DNA from: Sulfurovum sp.
Lineage (GTDB): Bacteria > Campylobacterota > Campylobacteria > Campylobacterales > Sulfurovaceae
Length of the DNA: 64,000 nt
Assembly: GCA_011391015.1 (NCBI GenBank)
Contig: JAABRH010000001.1
Span: 2,688 to 66,687, forward strand
Direction: 5' to 3'
A program made the translations under genes and the position numbers. How positions within the stretch are numbered: the stretch's first letter is position 1; every line of letters starts with the position of its first letter. The notes below the pieces were generated by a model that was not told the origin of the DNA, ran no database searches, and saw only the letters and a program-made list of their open reading frames with translations. Positions 1 through 8,010 of this stretch are shown here, one piece after another.

Positions 1-1355
1 CGACTTCTGTTGTATTGATAATAGAGTGGTTCATTTTTGTTCAGATGGGCATAAAACATCACCTCTTCAAAAATAATGAGTGTTTGTATCATACCTGCTA
101 AAAGTGAAACAGCTAAAAGTACCATCGCACCTTGTGCGCCGTTGTATGCAAGCAGGGCAGTGGCAATGAGTAAAAATCCGACATAGCCTGTAGCAAAAAA
201 CTTTCGGTTAGTGGAGACTCTATCCCAGCTTGGACGTGCTTTGATGCGGTATATCATCGACTGAGCATAGATACCGTAGATACCTATAGCAAGTGTGAGT
301 GCCTGAAGCAGAAGTAAACCAAAACCGTGTATCTGCATCCAATAAAGCAGGGTAATAAAAAAGGTCAATCCTGTAAATGCTCCAAGGGCTATGGCTTCAC
401 GACTGAGCCACGATGTTCTCCAGTTTTTCATCGCTTTGAGTGCCATGATGGGTCTGCCAAGGTGTAGAGCAGAAAGTGGCAATCCGATCGCACCGGGTAA
501 AAAGGCTAAGAGTGCCATGGTAAGATTGGGTTGAGGAAGATTGAAACTTAAAGCAAAGAGTAGCTCACCCAAAAACAGTGCCAAAAATGCACCCAGACTT
601 ACTTGAGTGAGGACTGTCATAAAGACGAGAGGAAGCTCTGGGTGTGCCGGTTTAAGAAGATGCTCATCGGCTACTCTTAGTGTTTCCTCCTCTGTAAGTT
701 GAGGTAGGGTGTAACGTGTGGTCGGTTTGGTGATGGCTACATCAGGCAAGTGAGGTGCAACACCTTTTTGCACCATATCTTCTTCTAACCATTGTTTGAC
801 ATTAAAAACCTCTATCTCTATCGCATTACTAGGGCAGGCTTGCACGCAGGCGGGACTTTGTTCGAGTTCGAGTTTATCTGCACACATGTGACATTTGGTG
901 ACGATGCCACGTTCGACGTTAAAAGTTGGCACTTCATACGGGCAGTTCCAAGTACAGTACTGACATCCTATACAGCTAGGGTCATCATGCCAGACGATGC
1001 CATTGTCAAACTTCACATACGACTCTGTAGGGCAGCCTATGAGACAGGCAGGCTCGATGCAGTGATTGCAACTCATGGAGTTAAAGAGTTGAAGCGTATC
1101 GGGGAATGTTCCCATTTCCATCTCACCCACACGTCTCCATTTGATCTCATCGGGGTTTGCATTTTGCTCATTGCAGGCTACTTCACAGCAGTGACAGCCT
1201 ACACAGGCGGTTGCATCAAAGTGAAAACGGTACTGTTCACCCTCATTGAGGGGCGGCAAATCAATTGAATAGTTTCCGCACTGCATTCCTGTGTTGGTTT
1301 TGTGATTGATAAAATCTGCCAGAGGCGTGTGCTCGCTAAGAGGTTGGACGGCCAT
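1..1355 (-). CDS. 4Fe-4S dicluster (DmsB/NrfC-like) fused to DmsC/YnfH-type membrane anchor; runs off the window start
   Basis: Not in ORF track (truncated). Hand translation from ATG at 1355: MAVQPLSEHT...CVGCHCCEVAC...CNHCIEPACLIGCP...CIGCQYCTWNCP...CHMC..PACVQACP, then HPELPLVFMTVLTQ, HLGRP and SWLSRE motifs with several TM helices. TAATG overlap with the nirA stop. Confidence 0.88.
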   Translation of the reverse strand, partial: MAVQPLSEHTPLADFINHKTNTGMQCGNYSIDLPPLNEGEQYRFHFDATACVGCHCCEVACNEQNANPDEIKWRRVGEMEMGTFPDTLQLFNSMSCNHCIEPACLIGCPTESYVKFDNGIVWHDDPSCIGCQYCTWNCPYEVPTFNVERGIVTKCHMCADKLELEQSPACVQACPSNAIEIEVFNVKQWLEEDMVQKGVAPHLPDVAITKPTTRYTLPQLTEEETLRVADEHLLKPAHPELPLVFMTVLTQVSLGAFLALFLGELLFALSFNLPQPNLTMALLAFLPGAIGLPLSALHLGRPIMALKAMKNWRTSWLSREAIALGAFTGLTFFITLLYWMQIHGFGLLLLQALTLAIGIYGIYAQSMIYRIKARPSWDRVSTNRKFFATGYVGFLLIATALLAYNGAQGAMVLLAVSLLAGMIQTLIIFEEVMFYAHLNKNEPLYYQYNRS

Positions 1356-3277
1356 TATATCTCTTTGAGTGCCACAATCAGTTCAGAAAAAACTGCCACA
1401 CGCTCTTTTTTGTTTTCATGGGTCATGTTGTAAAGTATCTCAGAGAGTTTGAGCGGTACTTTTGGGTTGAGTTTGCTTACAGTGTCTCTTTTGATGCTGG
1501 TTGGTTTGAGCATATTGGGTGAGAGTTCCACCACCGATTCAAAGCGTTTTTCGCCTGTAAGTAGTTTGTAGAGCTTCAGACCAAAACCAAAGAGTTCATA
1601 CTCTTCACGTCTGGAGCTTTTGGGTTCACTTTCGAGTTCGAGCATCACATTAAGACCCAGTTTCTCATTGAGTACATAGTTGATTTTTGTAAAAAATGCC
1701 AAGGCTTGAAAGCTATAGTTTCGTGATAAAAACCGATCATCAAACATCTCGTAGGTTTCACCTCTTTGTTTATGTGTTGCGTAGGTTTGAAGCAGATACT
1801 TGACATGATGTTTGGCCTCGGTGATGGGTAAGGCTTTATGCAGTGTGTGTGCCTCTTTTGCTTCTCGTGTGATTTTGCCTCCCACAAAGATATGTACGCC
1901 ATCCACCTTTTTACCTTCGGCATCCTTTGCAATGCATCCTTCAAAACCGATATCGGCGATGCCATGCACACCGCATCCTTTTGGGCATGCAGACCAGTTC
2001 ATACGTACCGATGCGTTGGGTATGGCAACTTCGGAGCTGAGGAAATGTGCCATTTCGATGGCATCGGGTTTATTGGGGATGACACCAAAACTGCAGGTTG
2101 CTGTACCTGCGCAGGCTATCATGTCACTGAAGTAGAGGTTGTTGTAGGCTGCATAGTGTTTCACAACAGGTGCAGATTCAAAGCCTTCAAGCGCCTGTTT
2201 GGCAATGTAGGGGATATAAACATTTTGATCATAGGTGAGTCTAAGCTCTCCTGAGCCAAATGTTTTGGCTGCTTTTGCTACATCTATCATGTGGCTGCCA
2301 CTGAAGATGCCTGCAGGCACGATGAGTTTGTAGGCAAAGGTGCCGTCACGACCCAGTACCTTGTTTGAACCCAGTGCAATCGACTGCGACTGTACCAAGG
2401 TCGCTCCTGCTGGAGAAAAATCACACACTGCTTCAGACTTAACTGCTTGAATGAATGCTTCCATACCCACATCGTTGAGCAGATAGACCAAACGGTTTTT
2501 GTTGCGGTTGTCTCTGTAGCCATAGGTTTTGAACACGCTTAGTAGTGATTTGAAAAACAGCGGTACTTGTGCGATGTTTACAAATAGATCGGCATCCTGA
2601 GCCTGCATACCCACACGTGCGCCCAGATAGACATTGAATCCGAACAGCCCCTCTTTTTGTGCCAAGACAAAACAGCAGTCATGCCCGAAAATATTGCAGG
2701 AGTTTGAAAGTGAACCCAGTATGCCGGTGTTAAATTTGCGCGGAAGCACTGAGATCCATTCCGGATTTTCGCCAAATACCTCTTGCAGTGCATCGATGAT
2801 CGGTTTGGTCGGTATCACATTATCATAAGCAATACCGTCAAGCGGGTCAGTGACGATGTTTCTCGGATTGTCCACGCCTGTCTGAAAGGTGGAGATACCC
2901 ACTTCTTTAAGTGCGGCAAGGACTTTGGCGATATTTTCTATCTTGAGATAGCGCAGTTCAACCTGCATCCGTGTCGTAAGATCGATATAGTCATTGCCGT
3001 AAGTCTGAGCCACTTCACCGATGCGCACCGCCTGTTCGTAGTTGAGCTGTCCTGCAGGAACACGCACACGCAGCATAAAATCCTCACCCTTGTCAAAAAG
3101 CCCGAAACATTTTAAAAAATACGCAGAGTCTTCCTGTGCAAGCGCTTCATAGCCGCCTGCAGCGATTGCTTCGAGTCTGGCATAGACATCCATAGGGTTT
3201 TTGAGCGCTTTGGTGGCTTCTACTTTATTCAGTTTAGTGTTTCTTGCTTCGGCGGCTTTTTCTAAGATTTTGGTCAT
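1355..3277 (-). CDS. nirA: Ferredoxin-nitrite reductase (siroheme/4Fe-4S)
   Basis: FMLRVRVPAG, DLTTR, LPRKFN, CAGTATC and SACPKGCG motifs; divergent from a nitrate transporter. Start ATG 3277 or GTG 3289. Confidence 0.88.
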   Translation of the reverse strand: MTKILEKAAEARNTKLNKVEATKALKNPMDVYARLEAIAAGGYEALAQEDSAYFLKCFGLFDKGEDFMLRVRVPAGQLNYEQAVRIGEVAQTYGNDYIDLTTRMQVELRYLKIENIAKVLAALKEVGISTFQTGVDNPRNIVTDPLDGIAYDNVIPTKPIIDALQEVFGENPEWISVLPRKFNTGILGSLSNSCNIFGHDCCFVLAQKEGLFGFNVYLGARVGMQAQDADLFVNIAQVPLFFKSLLSVFKTYGYRDNRNKNRLVYLLNDVGMEAFIQAVKSEAVCDFSPAGATLVQSQSIALGSNKVLGRDGTFAYKLIVPAGIFSGSHMIDVAKAAKTFGSGELRLTYDQNVYIPYIAKQALEGFESAPVVKHYAAYNNLYFSDMIACAGTATCSFGVIPNKPDAIEMAHFLSSEVAIPNASVRMNWSACPKGCGVHGIADIGFEGCIAKDAEGKKVDGVHIFVGGKITREAKEAHTLHKALPITEAKHHVKYLLQTYATHKQRGETYEMFDDRFLSRNYSFQALAFFTKINYVLNEKLGLNVMLELESEPKSSRREEYELFGFGLKLYKLLTGEKRFESVVELSPNMLKPTSIKRDTVSKLNPKVPLKLSEILYNMTHENKKERVAVFSELIVALKEI

Positions 3278-3352
3278 GGTTCTGTTCACTTTATCGTGGC
3301 TTTTTTGTTGTTCTGATTATAGATTAGATTTTTTTTAAAACAGTACACACAC

Positions 3353-3369
3353 TGCTTATATTTTAATCA
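3353..3369. promoter_or_regulatory. Palindromic operator TGCTTA-N5-TAATCA upstream of nirA
   Basis: Centre 40 bp upstream of a minus-strand TATAAT (3316-3321); same motif at 3425 and 6133. Confidence 0.6.
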
Positions 3370-3424
3370 ATTTGAGATTTATAGTGATGCAAAGCTCTGC
3401 ACCAAACCGGTTACAAGTCTCAAG

Positions 3425-3443
3425 CTGATTAAAAATTAATCAG
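3425..3443. promoter_or_regulatory. Perfect palindrome CTGATTAA-AAA-TTAATCAG upstream of narK
   Basis: Centre 41 bp upstream of a -10-like TACACT (3475-3480). Confidence 0.65.
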
Positions 3444-3509
3444 GCACTGCTGCCATAGTTATCGATTTTAAGTATACACTTACGTCTAAATTAATCTTAG
3501 GAAGTAAAA

Positions 3510-4790
3510 ATGGCAGGATTTAAAGCATTGAAAGGGCAGGGACATACACCGACGTTGTTCATGGCTTTTTTATATTTTGATATGAGTTTTATGGTGTGGA
3601 CGATGTTGGGTCCGCTTGCAACAGAGATTTCTGAAGCTTTGGCAGCAACAGGGTTTATGATCACAGAAGGTCAAAAGGCGACTTTGTTGTCTTTGCCTAT
3701 ACTCTCTGGGGCGTTTTTGAGAATTTTACTGGGTTTCGGTGTCGATAAATTTGGCGCAAAAGCAACCGCTCTGGTAGCACAGGCTATCGTCATCGCAGCA
3801 CTCTTGAGTGCGTATTTTATGGGAGAGACCATCACCTACAATGCATTGCTTTTAATAGCGCTTGGGCTTGGGTTTGCAGGAGCCTCTTTTGCGGTTGCAT
3901 TGCCTCAGGCAGGGCAGTGGTATCCGCCCAAGTCTCAGGGTACGGTGTTGGGGTTTGCCGGTGCAGGTAACATCGGTGTAGTGATCGACTTTTTGTTTGC
4001 ACCCAAAATAGCAGAACTATGGGGCTGGCAATCGGTATTTTTAGTCGGAGCAGTGATGGCGATTGCTGTATTTATCACGTATATGTTTTTGGCAAAAAAT
4101 GCACCAGAATCCATCTATAAAGCAAGACCCAAAAAGCTTATCGATTATGTCAAACTGCTTAAAGACAAAGATACATGGTGGTTTAACCTCTTTTATGCGG
4201 TGAGTTTTGGCGGTTTTGTCGGCTTTGCAGGCTATATGCAAGTCTATTTGATGAATGTGTATCAAGCAGATATGAGTGCCATCGGACTAGACATTTTAGA
4301 TGAAGCCAATGTAAAAGTGGTTGCAGGGTATTTTGGTGCGCTGTGTATCTTTGCCGGTGCAGTGCTTAGACCCGTTGGCGGAGCCATAGCTGATAAAATG
4401 GGCGGGGTGAAATCACTCTACATCTTCTTTGGAACCGTCACTGCTTTGGCATTGCTCAATGCTACTGTCACACTGCCCTTTGCTTTGGCAATCGTGGTGC
4501 TTTTCCTCATCATGGCAAATCTCGGTATGGCAAACGGAGCGGTCTTTCAGCTGGTACCGCAGCGATTTGGCAAAGATATCGGTATCATGACAGGTATCAT
4601 CGGTGCAGCCGGTGGGCTTGGCGGTACAGCGCTGATTAAGACATTTGGATGGTCCAAAGGTGCATTTGATGGCTATGCGGCAGGATTTATGATAGTTGCG
4701 GCCGTTGTACTTGTGGCTATTTTGGGTATTTCACTGGTAAAAACACGCTGGAGAACCACATGGGGGGTTCACTCAGGCGGTATCATTTAA
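3510..4790 (+). CDS. narK: NarK/NasA-family MFS nitrate/nitrite transporter
   Basis: MFS with nitrate-porter signatures GFAGASF, GAGNIG, RPVGG, GMANGAVFQLVP; SD AGGA. Confidence 0.9.
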   Translation: MAGFKALKGQGHTPTLFMAFLYFDMSFMVWTMLGPLATEISEALAATGFMITEGQKATLLSLPILSGAFLRILLGFGVDKFGAKATALVAQAIVIAALLSAYFMGETITYNALLLIALGLGFAGASFAVALPQAGQWYPPKSQGTVLGFAGAGNIGVVIDFLFAPKIAELWGWQSVFLVGAVMAIAVFITYMFLAKNAPESIYKARPKKLIDYVKLLKDKDTWWFNLFYAVSFGGFVGFAGYMQVYLMNVYQADMSAIGLDILDEANVKVVAGYFGALCIFAGAVLRPVGGAIADKMGGVKSLYIFFGTVTALALLNATVTLPFALAIVVLFLIMANLGMANGAVFQLVPQRFGKDIGIMTGIIGAAGGLGGTALIKTFGWSKGAFDGYAAGFMIVAAVVLVAILGISLVKTRWRTTWGVHSGGII

Positions 4791-4800
4791 GATGCTGATG

Positions 4801-6072
4801 CTAGAGATTAAACCCTAGCATCTGACCAAAGAGTTTGTCTTCAGTGAGTCTCATCTTAGCTGACTGCATCAGATTGTTTTTTTCATAATATGCCACAAGT
4901 TCCTGTGCATCCTGTCCTGACATCATAGCCTGATAATACAGGGCAGAAAGCACTTCTTGGTCATTGACAACTACATTTTCTTTTAGTGCCAAGGCTTCTA
5001 CGATGAGTGCGAGCTTGATGCTGTTTTGAGCAGCTTTTTTTACACTTTCTCTGAGTGCATGAAAAAGTGCTTTGTCGTCTTTGTAACGAGTCTGCTCTAC
5101 AGCATCCATCTGCTGGATTGCTTCAAAGCTTTTGGCATCTATCTCCTGCTCGACGACATTTTGTGGCAGGGTAAAGCTAAACAGCTTGAGCAGTTCTTCG
5201 ATGAGTTTTGGTTTGAGCTCCTCATAATAGCGTTGTGTCAAGACATCAGCCGTGATCTGGTCAGCCAGTTTGCCTTTGAGTGTCTCGAGTGTGGCAGTGG
5301 CGTCATTGAGTATTTTTTGTCCAAAGGCATCGTTCAGCTCAAGTGGTTTTTGTTCTTGTATCTCATGCAGTTTGACTTTAAACTCCGTCTCTTTCCCCGC
5401 CAAATCAGCTGACTGATACTCAGTTGGAAAAGTAACAGAGATGGTTTTTTCTTCACCATAGCCCATACCGATGAGCTGTTCTTCAAAACCTGGAATAAAC
5501 GAGTTTGAACCGATCTTGAGGTTAAATTTCTCAGCCGCACCGCCTTCAAAAGCAACCCCGTCCAAAAATCCTTCAAAGTCGATGACGCACGCATCACCAA
5601 ACATCACTGCTCTTGGTTCTGCTATGGCAGTAAATGATGCCTGTTGTGTCGCCATCTCAAGCAGTTTGGTTTCTACTTTTTTGGGGTCTGCTATGGGTTT
5701 TTTGTATGCAGGTATAGCATCTTTGTAGTTGATGGAAGTATCAACAAAAGGGCTTGTGGAGAGTAGTATCTCAAGATAGATACCCTCATCTCTTTTTTCA
5801 TATTTTCTAAATCCTGGCTGTCCCAAGATATTTTCAACATCTACACCTGCCTCTTGGAGACCTTCTTGGATAAATGCTTTGAGTATCTGACTCCCTGCTT
5901 CTTGCTCAAACTGTTCATTGCTCATCTGTGTAGGCTCTGTGTCTGAGGATTGTTGAGGTATTTTTGCCGCTTGTTCTTTGAGCTCTGAGACCTTTTGTTG
6001 GGTCATTGCATCTTCGATTGTACCGATGAGAATCATATTGATATCATCTATTTTTTCAACGCTTACTTTCAC
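4801..6072 (-). CDS. tig: Trigger factor homolog with intact FKBP domain and no ribosome-binding signature
   Basis: IDFEGFLDGVAFEGG, GSNSFIPGFEEQLIGM, VTFPTEY..LAGKETEFKVKLHEI and a TF C-domain; GTG start with SD AAGGA. Confidence 0.85.
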   Translation of the reverse strand: MKVSVEKIDDINMILIGTIEDAMTQQKVSELKEQAAKIPQQSSDTEPTQMSNEQFEQEAGSQILKAFIQEGLQEAGVDVENILGQPGFRKYEKRDEGIYLEILLSTSPFVDTSINYKDAIPAYKKPIADPKKVETKLLEMATQQASFTAIAEPRAVMFGDACVIDFEGFLDGVAFEGGAAEKFNLKIGSNSFIPGFEEQLIGMGYGEEKTISVTFPTEYQSADLAGKETEFKVKLHEIQEQKPLELNDAFGQKILNDATATLETLKGKLADQITADVLTQRYYEELKPKLIEELLKLFSFTLPQNVVEQEIDAKSFEAIQQMDAVEQTRYKDDKALFHALRESVKKAAQNSIKLALIVEALALKENVVVNDQEVLSALYYQAMMSGQDAQELVAYYEKNNLMQSAKMRLTEDKLFGQMLGFNL

Positions 6073-6132
6073 TAAAATCCTTTTATTTTAAGAGCGCGAT
6101 TCTAACACAATAAGATAAAATTTAAAGGTATC

Positions 6133-6149
6133 TGGTTAGATTTTAAGCA
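6133..6149. promoter_or_regulatory. Palindromic operator TGGTTA-N5-TAAGCA upstream of the PP2C-kinase gene
   Basis: Centre 42 bp upstream of the TATAAT at 6183-6188 (extended -10 TGCTATAAT). Confidence 0.6.
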
Positions 6150-6213
6150 GATAGGATGCGTAGGAATTTTCTCAAACATTGCTATAATATAGTACGTCAA
6201 ACAAAGGCTTGGT

Positions 6214-7854
6214 ATGGCATATCAAAACATAGAAACATCCGGATTTATGCTTGCAAAAGGTAAACATCTCAAAGGTGATGATTTTTTTGAAGTCAAAGTG
6301 ATGGAAAATCTTACCGTAGCAGTGTTGTGCGATGGCGTAGGGTCTGCACTACAGGGGGCACAAGCCGCTTCACACACCGTTGTTTTTCTTATCAATGCAC
6401 TTAAAAACAGACCTAAAAGCTGGACGATGGAAAAATCCATCAAACACTTTATAGAGACGATCAACAGAGTGCTCTATCTGGAATCCATAACACAGTACGG
6501 ACGCCAAGAACTGGTCACTACACTGGCGTTGGTCGTCATAGAAGGTGACAGACTCTATGGTGCCAATGTGGGTGACAGCCGTATCTACTTGAGGCGTAGT
6601 GACGAAGAGGATGCATTAACCCAGCTTTCGCATGATCATGTGATGCAAGAAGAAGGCATGAGCAATGTTTTGACAATGGCTATCGGGTTAGAAGAGCATG
6701 TTTCGCCGTACTATTTTGAGAACAATCTTTTAGCGCAAGACCAGATACTACTGTGTAGTGACGGACTTTACACTGTACTTAGCCAAAAGGAACTGCTTGA
6801 TGGTATGATGATGGGTGCATCATTTTTGGTCAAACAAGCCAGTAATCTACACCAAGACAATCTGCCTGATGATACCTCTGCAGTGGTCATCGAGATCAAA
6901 GAGGTAGATCCCAGACTCAAACTCAAACAGAGCAATCTGCTTGTCAAGCCACAGTATGTGGCGCAAGAGACCATAGATGGATACACCTTGCTCAAACCGC
7001 TCATACAAAATGAACGCACTTGGCTGTGTGAAAAAAACGGATTGCAGTATGTTATCAAGTTTGCTCCGTATGAGACGCTTGAAGATGAAGCGTTGCTCGA
7101 TCTGTTTGTTAAAGAAGCGTGGATGGCAAAAAGACTCAAAGCAGGTTTTTTCCCTAAAGCCGCCATACCAAAAAACCGTACCCAGCGGTATTATGTGATG
7201 AGTTATATCGAGGGGGTGACGCTCAAAGCGCATACCATCAAAAAACCGCTTTCGGTGGAATTGGGCATTGAACTGGGGATGTTTTTATTGAAGATGTCGC
7301 AGTTTTTGATCAAGTATGACCTTGTGCATGGCGACATTAAACCTGAAAATATTATGCTCACGCAGTGCAGAGGGAAAACCGTTTTTAAAATGGTTGATTT
7401 TGGCAGTATCACCGAGGCGTATACGAACATCTCACGCGCAGGGACACCCACCTACCTTGCACCTGAGCGTTTCAGGCAAGAGCCTATTAACGAACAAACC
7501 GAGATCTATGCCATAGGCGTAACCCTCTATGAAGCCCTGACACAGAAATACCCTTTTGGAGAGATAGAACCTTTCCAAAACCCATCGTTTGACAGAAAAA
7601 TAAAAGCACCCTCTAAGCTCAACCCCAACATACCCACATGGCTTGAAAGCATCATGCTTAGAGCGCTAGAGACCGACACCGACAAACGCTACCGCAACTA
7701 CTCTGTGATGCAGTACGAACTCACCCATCCAAGCAACGTCAAACCCTATTTTGACAAACACACCTCTTTCATCGAAAGAAACCCCTTGCTAGTCTGCCGC
7801 ATCGGATTTGTAGCGATGCTGGTACTCAATTTTGTGCAGATGGTTTTGTTTTAG
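6214..7854 (+). CDS. Bifunctional PP2C phosphatase / Ser-Thr protein kinase
   Basis: CDGVG, NVGDSR, CSDGL, DD motifs, then HGDIKPEN, DFG, APE; C-terminal TM helix. Confidence 0.9.
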   Translation: MAYQNIETSGFMLAKGKHLKGDDFFEVKVMENLTVAVLCDGVGSALQGAQAASHTVVFLINALKNRPKSWTMEKSIKHFIETINRVLYLESITQYGRQELVTTLALVVIEGDRLYGANVGDSRIYLRRSDEEDALTQLSHDHVMQEEGMSNVLTMAIGLEEHVSPYYFENNLLAQDQILLCSDGLYTVLSQKELLDGMMMGASFLVKQASNLHQDNLPDDTSAVVIEIKEVDPRLKLKQSNLLVKPQYVAQETIDGYTLLKPLIQNERTWLCEKNGLQYVIKFAPYETLEDEALLDLFVKEAWMAKRLKAGFFPKAAIPKNRTQRYYVMSYIEGVTLKAHTIKKPLSVELGIELGMFLLKMSQFLIKYDLVHGDIKPENIMLTQCRGKTVFKMVDFGSITEAYTNISRAGTPTYLAPERFRQEPINEQTEIYAIGVTLYEALTQKYPFGEIEPFQNPSFDRKIKAPSKLNPNIPTWLESIMLRALETDTDKRYRNYSVMQYELTHPSNVKPYFDKHTSFIERNPLLVCRIGFVAMLVLNFVQMVLF

Positions 7855-8010
7855 GGATATGTTTGCATCCCAAGCTCAAAGCGTGTAGATGAGTTAATGC
7901 GACACAAATACAAGTTAAGATAAGGTAAAATCCCATTCTAATCATTTTATGGTACTTTAGTCTGAAATTTTGGCTAAGCCGGATTAAAAATAGAAGCAAA
8001 GAAAAGCATA

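Noticed and set aside
792-1268. 158-aa plus-strand ORF in the track
   Set aside because: Antisense shadow of the Cys-rich 4Fe-4S gene on the minus strand. The same applies to most short track ORFs nested in or opposite long genes.
3398-3415. TGCACCA NtrC-like half site
   Set aside because: Second half is poor and I saw no sigma54 -24/-12 element; the TGNTTA palindrome explains the promoters better.
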